Shown here one piece after another: positions 23,796 to 36,500 of a stretch of 64,000 bases of DNA. The position numbers were made by a program, and so were the translations under genes. The stretch covers positions 34,288,001 through 34,352,000 of the forward strand of contig NC_058368.1 of the NCBI RefSeq assembly GCF_018350175.1. The letters are read 5' to 3'. The notes under the pieces are model-generated. The model had not been told where the DNA came from, made no database searches, and saw only the letters and a list, made by a program, of their open reading frames with translations. Each line of letters opens with the position of its first letter. Position 1 is the first letter of the stretch. The DNA is from Felis catus. Its lineage: Eukaryota.

Positions 23796-26700
23796 AAAAA
23801 GAGAGACTAAAAGAGAGATCACAAAATTTAGGAATTTTTGCAAAGAGTGGAAACAGATTTTTTCTTTCTTTCTTTTTTTTCTTGAAACACATTTCCTGAC
23901 CTTCTCTTGTGAAATTAAAATAGGAAAAAAAGCATCAAGGAGAAATAATGGCAGTGATGTCTGCCAGATAAAAAGGCACCTGGTTCTAAGTTCCATAGAT
24001 TCACCAAGTTATATTTCTTCACAGGGAAACTTTCTCATATGGCTGGGAGTTCGCTGCGCATGAAGCTGGGCCTATTTTCTTATCTGGGAACACTACTGCT
24101 TGGGCAAAAGTGTGTGTACATAAGAAAAACATGGTATCGTATATCATTAAGTTAAGCCAAAGATATGGCTTAGCCCCTGTGAGATCCTTGGTGTATAGAT
24201 GAGATTCAAGAGAAGGAGCTCTATCTCACTGATTTGAGCAGTGCTGTCTTCTGTGACTAAAGTGTGTGTGACTCAAACACACTCTTCCTATGGTTCAAGT
24301 CCTATAAAATATATACCCACACATTCTTTTTACTTAGGGTTAGGTATATGACACATTGTATACTATCTTGAGGACAACAATTTCAACATGAAGTGATTTT
24401 ATTTTGCTATTTTCTTTTCTTCCTTTTTGATTTTCCTACCTATTACACTTATTCAAATTAGATTTCACTTGGAGAACTGGAAGCTTAACTCTCTTTTTAT
24501 AGACTTAGCTTAATTTATTTGACCTACTTGACTCCCTGCTTTCAGTTTTAGTTTCCCAGGTAGCCATGTGAAAGACATTGAGGACTGTTTAACCTTAGAT
24601 TTACCACGTGATTTTCTGAAATCATCACACCTACTGTTTTAGAGTCACGGCGAAAATGGGGCAGGGTTTCCCATTTCTAGACAGTTATTCATAGAACGAT
24701 GGAGTAGTAAAAGCCTTTAGAGGCCACCTGTTTTCTTAGTTTGCCAGAAAGTTTTGCCTTCCTCAAACATTTTGGAACAAGAGAACAACAAAGGCCAGCC
24801 TTGAATCAATTCTTAAACACATAATCATAAAAATCAATTGCCCTTCCTTCATCACGATATATGGGGGAGTTAGTACAGCATCTGGGTGCTAAAAAATGTG
24901 TCAATATACCTACAAAAGCTTTGAAAGCTTTGTGAAAATTTAATAGTATAGAATCTATATGTAACACCATGTGAAAAATTGGGTAGTCAGTTAACTGAAT
25001 AACTATTCTGGAAAAATGATATTGCTAGGTCAAGCAAGTTGAGTTAAAATAACTAAGAATAAGAGTTGTATTTCCTTAACATTTAATAGACACATAGCCT
25101 AGAACTTTCTTTAGTTTAGCCTTTCTTTTTCTTTTATTGAGTAGCTGTTGAGACTAAGTCATGATTGAAGAATGGTAATTAAATCATAGAAATCTAGAGC
25201 TGAAAGGGATATTGGAATAGGCTTATTCATTTCTCCTCAAGTAACAGATGATAAAACTAATAATTGAAATCATTAGACACTTCAACCAAATTCACTGAGA
25301 TAACTACTGAGTCATACCACAGCTCAGACATCACAAAGTAGCATGATAGAGTTCAAAAAATGAACTGAAGTCAGAGCAAGTAAGATGGTTCAGAGTTCAT
25401 GGCTAATATGCTCCTAAACTTATTTGCAAATAAAATAGTAAAAGGAAGTAATTTATAAATGAATCCTGGCTTGTTATTGACTGTGTTTGGTCAATCAGAT
25501 TAACTTTTGACTGATTCACATTCTTTATGGTTGGTCAGAAGGGACTGTGGCTGCTCATCAAATAAGCAGGTCATAGATAGATGAAAAGTAAAGATGGTCA
25601 GGTGAATATTTGGACTAGTTTCAACAGGGATCTTTGAGTGTATCTTCATGGATTTGGGTGCAGCATAGCCAAATTTTGAAACAAGAAAATTATACTCATT
25701 TATTAAATGCCAAGAAATCTGTTCATTCTTAGTTGTTTCTATTTGTCATAATTTGATAAATACATTAACAACATATTTCTTGTCACGCTTACTTGGATAT
25801 CTTAAATACGTAATCAGATCATCTATTCTTTAGAAGGCAGACTCAGAGGTTTTCTTGCCATCTCTTTTGCATATGGTGTATAATAATGCATTCGAGAATT
25901 CAGAATTTTAGAGTTAAGGGTTTAGAGATACTTTCTATACATACTTTATCCTAAAATATGGGTTGTAGCATTAAGGATGATAGAAATAATTTTGTTTGGC
26001 CAGCTTGGTATTTTATAGATATTTAACTTGTCTTCCATAGATTAATTGGCCATCTAAATCATATGAAAATAGAACTAAAATAGGAACAAATGTTTTATGT
26101 ATTCTATCTCTTACATTTACTTTAATTCATCCACTATTTCACTTGTTTTCTTCCTTGTCATTTATTCAGAGGAATTGATAAAACATAAACACTGTTTCTC
26201 TGAAAAGCTTTTTTTTCCCTCCTTGTAGAAACGGCCATGGCTCATAGGATGCAATAAATCACAATCAAGCTATGTTAAAAACATTTTGGAGCTGGTAGAA
26301 ACTTATGGATAATCTAATATATGAACATACAATATGAATAATAATACATAATGGTGTAGCTATCACTTTAGTTGGAAAGAAAAACTAGAAAAGTCACCAG
26401 CTCTTCACAGACTTAGAAAAACAAATCTATCAAGATAAGAAAATAGAAAATGATTAATGTTTGAAAGTAGATCATTCAAGTGAACCTTCTTAGAGTCACA
26501 AACATCAAAATTTTAAAGAACAAAATGGAATATTTAGTAAACATTTACTGAGAACTTATTATGCATGAGATACTTTGCTATATGCTATAAAACAGAGAAC
26601 AAACAAACAAAAAATCCACCACAATCCCATTTTAAATGTCATATTATAATCTAGGAGGTAGTAGGAGACCCATATAAATATTTCTAAAAAGACAGTATAT

Positions 26701-27440
26701 GATAAGAACCAGATGAAGATTGAGTAAAGTACTATGGAGTTCAGGCTTTACCTTTTTTCCCCCCAACTCTTTGGAGAGGCATTTAATACAATTAAAATAT
26801 TTGTTCTTCTGTGTAACACCTGTTGATATTTGAGAATGTATTGTCTAGGGTGGAGAGTATAGCAAGATGAGGTCATGTATCAGAGACGTGGTGGCCAGAA
26901 GTACAAGGAAGAAAATTGGGAAAATGTAAAAGTAGTGGTGAATGTAGTCAAAAAGACAAAAACAGAGATCTGAAGAACCCAAGAAACAAAGAAGGAGGGA
27001 TTGAACTAGTAGCACATGGGGAAAGTGGAAGGTACATGTAGCATGGGCACAAAAGATGATTATAGGAATCTAGTTGAACAAGGCAACTGTCTGAACTTTT
27101 GGTCTCGCCAAGGATAAAAGCCAAATTCAGTAAACATTTTTGACATCTACTATGTACCAGAACTTCGTCCAGCCTTGAAGATCACAATCTAATAAGGCAA
27201 TTTCCCCCTTTAAGGAGGCCAAAATGACTGGATAATATCAAAGTGAAATTGGCTGTTCTAAAATTCAAAATACAAAATGAATAACATTATTTAGTAAAAA
27301 CGACAAAAATCACTTGGATTTCTACTGTCTACCAGGTTTACATGGCGAGAGGTCATAAAGTGCAAGCTTTCAGATCAAAACATGTGGATGCCTAATCTCT
27401 GTTATTCCTTCCTCTGGAGAATACAAATAAGAATGGTTCT

Positions 27441-27661
27441 GGGGCGCCTGGGTGGCTCAGTTGGTTAAGCATCTGACTTCGGCTCAGGTCATGATCTCAC
27501 GGTTTGTGGGTTTGAGCCCCGCGTACAGCTTTGTGCTGACAGCTCGGAGCCTGGAGCCTGCTTCAGGTTCTGTGTCTTCCTCTCTCTCTCTCTGCCCTTC
27601 CCCTGCTCACACTCTGTCAATCTCTCTCTCGAGAAATAAATAAACATTAAAAAAAAAAAAA
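27441..27661 (+). mobile_element. Can-SINE
   Basis: Full element; TSD AAGAATGGTTC. Confidence 0.95.
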
Positions 27662-27714
27662 AAGAATGGTTCCTATGTAATAAGTAACAATGTGGGTTGT
27701 TTATTCTTTTCTCA

Positions 27715-27885
27715 CCGGTTGTTTATTCATCATGGTCCTAGTGTCTGAGATAGTATCTTGTCCAGTGGGCATTCAACAAATATTTGTTGAATAGAATTTT
27801 GGGAAAGATTAAGTGATATGATGTATGTAAAGTGTTTAGGCAGAGGAAACAGCACATAGAAATGCTATTGAATGTTAACTATTAT
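27715..27885 (+). mobile_element. L2 3' end followed by MIR 3' fragment
   Basis: GGCATTCAACAAATATTTGTTGAAT (L2) then GATTAAGTGATATGATGTATGTAAAGTG...AGCACATAG (MIR). Confidence 0.6.
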
Positions 27886-29667
27886 CTTAAAACTAAAAAC
27901 GCAGATTACAAGTGATGAAATATTCCTGGATTCCAGCTGTGATATCTGTGGCTTGTGAAGAGAGAAATGTTTTGAGAAAATACAGATTTGGACACTGTTT
28001 AGTAAGGAAAAATTAAAAATCATTTTATTTTTTTTAACTATTGAATTGCTAATTGGAAAAACTAATCACTTGTCCATTGATTTGCAGTGATTCTTCTTCG
28101 CAACTAAGCAAAGCCAGTAATATTTAAGTTCTCAGAGAATAATAACAAAATGAATTTTAAAAGAACATTTAATGAACTCTTAATAAAGAAAACACCTGAC
28201 TTTTCCATTATGCCTTTCTTCAGAGAATCAGTAGACATGGAGTCACATTTACTATTTGGTGGGCCAATACACCTTCAGATACTGAACATTTATTTATTAG
28301 TATCTTTCTATATCCAAAGAAATTGTATAAAGAATTCAAAGATAAGAGAACTCAGATGAGGCTCATAAACTTTGCATACTGCCCTGTCAAGTTTAAAAGT
28401 AAAACACTAAACATGAAATAGTAATTAATCACAAGGGCAGACTAAGCTTTCCACAGAAACAGCAACAGTAAATGTACTTCTCGTATAGCAGATGGACAAG
28501 GATGAGTTAAAAGTAATATCAAACATCAGTAATGGATTTACTATTTTTAAATTCTGCGTTTTGAAAGTGTTTATTACTCATATTTTATAAGTGAACAGAT
28601 TGTGACCTAGAGATTTTAAATGACTAGGCAAATTCATAGAGTTTGAGGGTAATAGGCAACCTGAAACAAATTTTCACATTTCTACTGCTTTAAGCCCCTA
28701 TCGATGACCATTGTATTTACTTTAGAGTAGACAAGGTTGCTTCCATTCTGAAGGCTTTCCACCATGACATGCCACATCCCCAAAACAAGATATTCTTGTC
28801 TATTCTGAGACACTCAGTTTTTTTCAAAGATAATAATTTATATCAAAAGTATCTTGTTGATGGAAAGCATTTCTTCTTTGTTCATTATATGGAAAAATAC
28901 ATAGCATATTATTATCTTTTCTTATATAACACATTAAGACTACTCTCAATTTATCACCATCAGTCTAATTACTAATTATTGATACATACACTGAGGCTTA
29001 TCAAATGTTACCCTTTAATGATTAGCTACAAAAAGAAAACAAAGAGAATGAGGGGGAAAAAATCTTTCAAGTTCTTTTGTTGGTACTTGGTTCATTTATT
29101 TTGACAAGTGCAGTTTAATTTTAACAACTGGCTTAATCAGTCTTAATGCTGACTCACTCCAGGGAGCACTGAAGAGAACACATCAGCTTGAGGGCAGAAA
29201 AGGTCTTTGCTGCCTTGTGATAGAAGACAGAATGTTTACTGTTTTTGTGTCTTTGCTGATAGACTTTTCAAGACTAACAATCAGAACATTCACTGAGCAC
29301 CTTCTATGTCTGTAGAGCTATGAGAATTGATGCTAGAAATATTTTCGTGATCTTTATTTTCCATGACCCAAATAAAATGTTAGATAATGAAAATTTATTT
29401 TTTCCCCTTTTTTCCAAGTTTGGACAATTCCCTAGTCCATTTCTGAAATTTACCTTATTATTCTGAGTTTGACAAGGGCTCCAAGTCCTTACTGATTTGA
29501 AGATATTTGCTCACTGTCTTCTATGGATGACAAAATAGAGTGTAATGCAATACTAAGGGGGCCATCACTCGAGATACAGAAAACAAGATGGTCTGCATTA
29601 TTTCAAACTACAGAATGTCAACTAATATTGAAAATTAAATTTAGAGGTAACACTATTATAAAATGAC

Positions 29668-29877
29668 ACTAGTTGAGCATCCAACTTCGGCGCAGGTCAT
29701 GATCTCATGGCTTATGGGTTCGAGCCCTGTATTGGGCTCTGTGTTGATAGCTCAGAGCCTAGAGCCTGCTTCAGATTATTTGTCTCCCTCTCTCTCTGCC
29801 CCTCCCCTGCTCATGCTCTGTTGCGCTCTCTCTCTCTCTCTCACTCTCTCTCAAAAATAAATAAACATTAAAAACAT
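29668..29877 (+). mobile_element. 5'-truncated Can-SINE
   Basis: Begins at AGTTGAGCATCC and lacks the GGGGCGCCTGGGTGGCTC head; TSD TTATAAAATGAC at 29656-29667 and 29878-29889. Confidence 0.9.
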
Positions 29878-30961
29878 TTATAAAATGACTCCAAATGTCA
29901 AAAACTTTGTTACTTAGTGTCAAGTCATGTCTCTAGAAACAAAAGGACAGACAGAAAAGCAGGCTGAGGGTAATGTGTAAACAAATAATAAATAAGTAAA
30001 TCAAGTTAAAGAGAAATTTTTTTCTCTCAGGTTGGGGATAGAAAATGCCCACAAGATGATTTATCAATACAACGTGAAATACCGCAAGGCATAGAACGAT
30101 TCTTAAACTTAAGGGAACCAATAAACTCATGTCTCAGTGCCTGGGGGAGGTGTGAGGGTGGATGTAGCAATATGGTCACATGATCACATGTTTATGGAAC
30201 ATCTGTGCTTTAATGATAAGATCATCCCACTACCACTTCCCCTCTGGCATACTTGCCACTGTGTTAGTGCCCTCAGAGTGACTGGAAATTATTGAAATCT
30301 GTCTAAGGGAAGTTGAGTTGGAAATACTCTCAGTTTGGCTTTAAAAAGGTATTCGTGTGGTTCACCGTTGTTTTCTTATAGCTAAGTTATTGCCAGCTGC
30401 CCTAATGTGTGACAGTTTTCCAGGAAATCTTCTACTTCCCACTGCATCACTTTATGTGACATGCTATCAACTCAGATTTCTGGTACAAGCCAGAAGTCAT
30501 AGAATCGGGTGGGCATATTTTATGTCCCCAGTATCACATAGAGAGCTATGTGGGAAGTGAAATAAAAACAAGGTTTGTCATGTATGGAGCAAGAGGCTAG
30601 TCTGTGGAAAATTCTTCCAATAATCAGGCCAACAAATGTATAAGCCGACAGTTTTAATACTTAGTCAAAACAGAAATTCTCTCTTGTCATAAATATGCTC
30701 AATAATGTGGCATATACAATTATAAATGTATTACACAATAAAATTATTTTAATTTTTTTCTGTATGAAATTATTATGTAGGAATTATTCTGACACCAAGA
30801 AGCAGATTGTAACAGAGAGTTTCAAAGCACAACAAGATCGTTAATTCAAATATTTTGAATAGAAATAATGACTAAGCTCTTGAATTATTTGAAAATACAA
30901 TTAATAAAGACTGTAGCATTTAAATACATTAAAAATTTTTTTTTTAAGTTTACATATTTCA

Positions 30962-31083
30962 GGAGTGCCTGGGTGGCTCAGTCGGTTGAGCATCCAACTC
31001 ATAATTTTGGCTCAGATCATGATCTCACGGTCATGGGATCAAGCCAATGTTGGGTTCTGCACTGAGTGTGGAGCCTGCTTAAG

Positions 31084-31124
<41 letters not shown>

Positions 31125-31219
31125 TTCTCTGTCCCTCTGTCCCTCTCCCTCACTCATGCTCTCTCTCTAAAAAAACAAATAAATAAAAATTTAAAAATAA
31201 TTAAAAAAATTAAATTAAA
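30962..31219 (+). mobile_element. Can-SINE with long (CT)n
   Basis: Head GGAGTGCCTGGGTGGCTCAG; TTTACATATT on both flanks. Confidence 0.93.
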
Positions 31220-31569
31220 TTTACATATTCATTTTCTTTCTAAATAATAAATGAATATACCCTAAAGCTCATTATATGCCACTAAATACAAATAACAACA
31301 AACTGATTAATGAGTTATATCAATTAAAAGTGTATTCATTTTTTTCATTGCACAAGACAATGTTAAGTATTGAAATTTTACACAGAAACTTGATATATGT
31401 TTAAACATACTATTAAACACCAGTGGCCCTCAAGGTAATAACAATAACAAAAACTAGAGATTTATGGAAGATAAAGTTGGCTTCTAGCTCTTATGTTTAG
31501 GATTAAAATTTGAGCTAGGATTTCATGGAGGTGTAGAATTTGTGTCAGAAGAAAAAAACGTCACCAAGA

Positions 31570-31945
31570 AGTGAAAAAGTCATACTGAGAAAGACAAATA
31601 CCATATGATTTAATTTAATGTGGAATCTAAAAAACAAAACAAATGGATAAACAAACTAAAAGCAGAATCAGACCTATAAATACAGAGAACAAGCTGATGG
31701 TTGTCAGAGGGAAAGTGTAGGAAGATGGACAAAATGAGTGAAGGGGAGTGGGAGATACAGGTTTTCAGTTATGGAATGAATGAGTCATGGGAATAAGAGG
31801 CACAGCATGGGGAACACCATCAATGATACTGTAATAGCATTGTATGTTTGAGCACAGCATAATGTATAGAGATGTTGAATCACTATACTCTACACCTGAA
31901 ACTCATGCAACATAGTGTGTTCATTATACTCAAATAAAAAATTAA
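31570..31945 (+). mobile_element. Carnivore L1 3' end, 5'-truncated
   Basis: GAAAGACAAATACCATATGATTT...GCAGAATCAGACCTATAAATACAGAGAACAAGCTGATGGTTG...ACACCTGAAACT...AAATAAAAA. Confidence 0.88.
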
Positions 31946-32385
31946 ATGCTAGCAAAGAAAATGTAGACAAAGGTAAAAATGTTAGTAAAGGTTAAAGTTG
32001 CTTCTGAAATGGAGGTAATTTGTCTAGAGGAGATGATTTGCTGATAAGGTATATTATATTAAATAGTTAGATCTTAAATAATTTATATTATATTGTTTAG
32101 ATGGTTTGTAGCCATTGAATATTGTTGAGAAAGATAATCACATAACTGGTATTAATTTTATGCTTTTTTTATACTAATGACAGTACACATGACTGAATGA
32201 CAAGCTGATATGAATATGAAGGAAAAGATTCATGTATTGGATGACTGAGTACAAAGGATTAATTTCAAAGTCACTTTCCTCCATTACATTGTATGATTAA
32301 AATTCTCTTATACAAATGACTTATGAAACTATATACGATATTTTAATTTTTGCCAATATTATTTAAAGACAAAATGTAGCTTTAA

Positions 32386-32619
32386 GGGGCGCCTGGGTGG
32401 CGCAGTCGGTTAAGCGTCCGACTTCAGCCAGGTCACGATCTCGCGGTCCGGGAGTTCGAGCCCCGCGTCAGGCTCCGGGCTGATGGCTCGGAGCCTGGAG
32501 CCTGTTTCCGATTCTGTGTCTCCCTCTCTCTCTGCCCCTCCCCCGTTCATGCTCTGTCTCTCTCTGTTCCAAAAATAAATAAACGTTGAAAAAAAAAATT
32601 AAAAAAAAAAGTTTAAAAA
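32386..32619 (+). mobile_element. Very young felid SINE
   Basis: CpG-intact; TSD AAAATGTAGCTTTAA at 32371-32385 and 32620-32634. Confidence 0.97.
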
Positions 32620-33327
32620 AAAATGTAGCTTTAATAATTTATTTATAAAAACTGAAATTTCTCTTTTGGTAACTTGAACATCACTTATCTTACAAATAAT
32701 AGTAGAAATGTGTTAAGAACTATAGTTAAACTATAGTTAAACTATATATGCTATAAAACAGCAAAACCATCATTTGCATGTTCACTGATAAATTTTTAGA
32801 TTGAAAAGGAACTCCGAACTATTTTTCTTATATTTATAAATAAATAAATAAACCAGCATTGGAACATATCAGATGTGCTCCAGCCATTATTGATTCTTTA
32901 TGATGCTCCCAAGGAATGATAAAAGGAAGGAAAAGATGGGAGTTTCAGAAAAAAGACTCTATGTTGATCCATTTAAAGATGTAATTTATAATTAATTATT
33001 AAAATAAAACTTGAGCAAAGTGATTCAATAATTGACTAATTGAATTTCTATTCCTATAATGATTCATGTGTCCAATAAAACAAAGCACCATTTTATGAGC
33101 AAGATTTATTCTTACCCCTTTTAAAGTTTGAAAAATTTTCATCAGTCTTTTTCCTTCTAATTTCTAGAACTTTTGTTGCTACAATTATCTAATAATTCTT
33201 ATGAGAATTAAATATTAAATATTTTGCTTTCTTAAGATTGCTTTCATGACTAACATATATTCAAAATACACATTTAAAGACATCTACTAGGTCTGGTGAA
33301 GCAGACTGATTTTCTTATAGCCTTCCA

Positions 33328-33492
33328 TTTGTTTTGTTTTTTTATTTGTTATTGTTTTGTTATTTGTTTTGTTTTTTTGTTTTTGTTTTGTTTTTGTTAT
33401 TTGTTTTGTATTTTGTTTTGTTATTTGTTATTTGTTTTGTTTTTTTATTTGTTATTGTTTTATTTGTTATTGTTTTGTTATTTGTTTTGTTT
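33328..33492. repeat. T-rich complex simple repeat (TTTTG/TTATTTG units)
   Basis: ~165 nt containing only T, G and A. Confidence 0.9.
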
Positions 33493-33715
33493 CTTTACTT
33501 CTTTTCACACTTACTCAAAGTCAGGGATCACCATCTCTTCTTACACAAAGCAAAAACATTTTGTTCACCTCTTAGTTCTTTGTCATAGCTATTTTTATTC
33601 TCTTGCTTTATATAATATAGAATTCACACAATACTCTCCTAATAAGTGCTATTATTCTAGTTATTTATATATAACACTAACTTAACAAGTACATTTAAAA
33701 GGTAAAATATCAGTT

Positions 33716-33931
33716 GGGGTGTCTAGGTGGCTCAGCTGGTTTTAAATGTCCGACTTCAGCTCAGGTCATGATCTCACGGTTCGTGGGTTCGAGTCCCGCA
33801 ACGGGCTCTGTGCTGACAGCTTGGAGCCCGCTTAGGATTCTGCATCTCCCTCTCTCTCTGCCCCTTCCCTGCTCACACTCTGTCTGTGTCTCTCTCTCTC
33901 TCTCTCTCAAAAATAAATAAACACTAAAAAC
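33716..33931 (+). mobile_element. Can-SINE
   Basis: TSD AAAAG(G/T)TAAAATATCAGT. Confidence 0.93.
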
Positions 33932-34841
33932 AAAAGTTAAAATATCAGTAATTTTGTAAGATTAATATTTTGACCCTTTCTTTTTATTACAATATTTTCT
34001 GAATGACAAAACCTAAACAAACGCCAAAATCACAAACACTGGATGTGTGTTTATTTAGACTATGTATCATAAAAAAAATGACAGCCACAGATGAATACAA
34101 CAAAAATCCACCTACTAGGTAAAAAGAAACAGCCTGATTTCTTCTAGTGGGCATGTAGCTTGTTTTTAGACACCATACTAAAGAGAAGTGATTATCATCA
34201 CATGAATGTGATTTTAAAAAAATCCCCAAATGCTCAATGTGATCATTTACACAATCTAACTCATGGCTATAAAGATACAGTGGAATTTCTATAATTCAAT
34301 TGTCTCATTTCTAAGTGGTAAAACATTTTTATTTTAATGATCAATATTTTGAGGTAATTAATAGCAAATGATCTATTCCCCATTTTGTCTCTCTTCTTAA
34401 GAAATATTAATAAACATAATACCTGATGTATTTTAAGTTCCTGGTTCTTCTACAGGTAAAGTTTAATATCAATTACAGTTTTTAATTCATATACAATAAA
34501 TAGTACTGATTTTCCTTTTGTGATTCTACAATACCTATAAGTCTTTCATCCTTGTTTAAATTTTCTGCATTCTTCTAACCTCTAATTACATGAACTCAAG
34601 AAGTCAGGTATAAAGCAATGCAATAATATGAGAACTATCTTCTGTGACACATCTTTGCAAACTATGTCCACTGTGTACTCATCCAGATTTCAATATTATG
34701 AGGAATTCACACATATCATTAAATGAAATTCCTGACTTCAAGGAACATGAAATCCTGAGTTAGCATGGAGATAGGAGAGCTATTGCTTCTGAAGGCCATA
34801 GTGTGAATGGCTAGACAAGAGACAGAGCCTTGAATCCAGCT

Positions 34842-34920
34842 TTGTGCTGAGCACAGAGCCTGCTTAAGATTCTATTTCCTTCTCCCCTCCTCTTCCTCTC
34901 CTCCTCTCTCACTCTATCTT

Positions 34921-34967
<47 letters not shown>

Positions 34968-35005
34968 ACACACGCACATACACGCACATACACACACATA
35001 CACAC
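34842..35005 (+). mobile_element. 3' fragment of a Can-SINE whose tail runs into a (CA)n microsatellite
   Basis: TGTGCTGAGCACAGAGCCTGCTTAAGATTCT, CT-rich tract, then (CA)n at 34924-35005. Confidence 0.75.
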
Positions 35006-35843
35006 TAAATCTGAGTAGGATTTCTAATCTGTATCTCATTTACTATCGACACATTTTAAGTGTTAGTGTTCATGTATTTAATATAAAACTCCCATGGATC
35101 ATCAATAAATTTTAGTTTCCTGTCTATGACAGAATTTGCATGTTGATTTCCCTAACAGGAAGACAGGAACATTCAGATAATGCAAAATACTGGAAGTGAG
35201 ACATATTAAATTCATGCCAAAAATGCTATTGGAGTTAATTTGTTATACCTGATTCGATATATTGGGATTGTTTGAAGTAAACTCACAGTAAGTCAAATCA
35301 TTTGGAAAAAAATATAAAATAAATTAGATCATACATATGGAAAGTATGATCTTGTAAACAATTCATATTTACAACAGTGTGCACTGCCTGATTGCCTAGC
35401 TGCAGGTGAGATTTATGTATCCTCTTTGCACTTATCTGTTGTTTGTGAGTATATAGATTTTGAAAGTAATCTTTCTTCCCTTTGTTTTCATAAAATAAAG
35501 AGAACCATGATGGTTCTGTATCACATCAATAAATATCACTTTCCTAATGATTAATCAAGATTCTTAGTTCTGAGTCTAGGAAATACATGAAAAGTGAGGG
35601 AATATATTTTATAATCCATTCCACATGTGGTTCTGTGGCACTTTTATTTTAAAACCTCTAATATTGAGTTAAATTAATAGTGTAACTAGGATATAAATGT
35701 ATACAGAGCTGTGACTATTTTATTTAAAAAGGTGGTTTTACTGACTATTTTCTTGCAAAATTTGCTTATTTAGGTATAAATCAAATGGCAAATTTCTATA
35801 ACTGTCTATTCATGTACAAGTAAGGAACATTATTGTCCCATGG

Positions 35844-36500
35844 TGTAATAAGGAATTTGGCTTTGCCCAAAGAGATCTGGCCTTTGTCCCTGGCTAACCT
35901 AGAAATCCTTGAAATTTCCCAATGGATAGGAATGTCTTTGTTATTCGTGGTAGGCATCTGGAACTCTACCTGATGGCTTATGCTAACAGGGTGATTGAGG
36001 CCCCTGAGGCCACATGCTATCAGTCAGACTTGTGGATAGGATGGGGAGGGCATTCGAGACTGAGTTGATTCAAAAATGCAATGACTCAATCAGTCATGCC
36101 TGTGTAATAAAGCCTCACTAAAACTCTGGTCACCAGCGTTCAAGTGAGCTTGCCTGGGTGGCAATGCTTTGTGTGTTTACTCATATAATGTAGATGGGAG
36201 AAAGTAACATAGTCTGTGAGTACACAGGAAGAAAGTGACCAGAAACTCCATGTTTGCTCTTCTAGACTTTGTCTTTTCCTTTGTTTGCTTCTAACTTGTA
36301 TCCTTTTCCTGAAATAAACATAACTGTGAGTATAATAGGTTTCAATGACTTCTGTGAGTCTTCCCAGTGAGTTATCAAACCTGAAGGTGGTTTGGGGGAA
36401 AACCCAAAACTTAATAGTTATTATTAGAAGTCTTGAACAGACTTGGCCTCTTAGTCTTGTAGTTTGGTTAACTCGGGGTACCCGCAAAGCTAAACTGTGT
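35844..36500 (+). mobile_element. MER21-family LTR
   Basis: TGTAATAAGGAATTTGGCTTTGCCCAAAGAGATCTGGCCTTTG start; AATAAACATAACTGTGAGTATAA...GAGTCTTCCCAGTGAGTTATCAAACCTGA. Confidence 0.75.

Noticed and set aside
32718..32746. Tandem palindrome (AACTATAGTTA)x2.5
   Set aside because: Short AT-rich slippage duplication with no supporting context
33296..33685. Hydrophobic ORFs in three frames resembling membrane proteins
   Set aside because: Artefacts of the T-rich simple repeat
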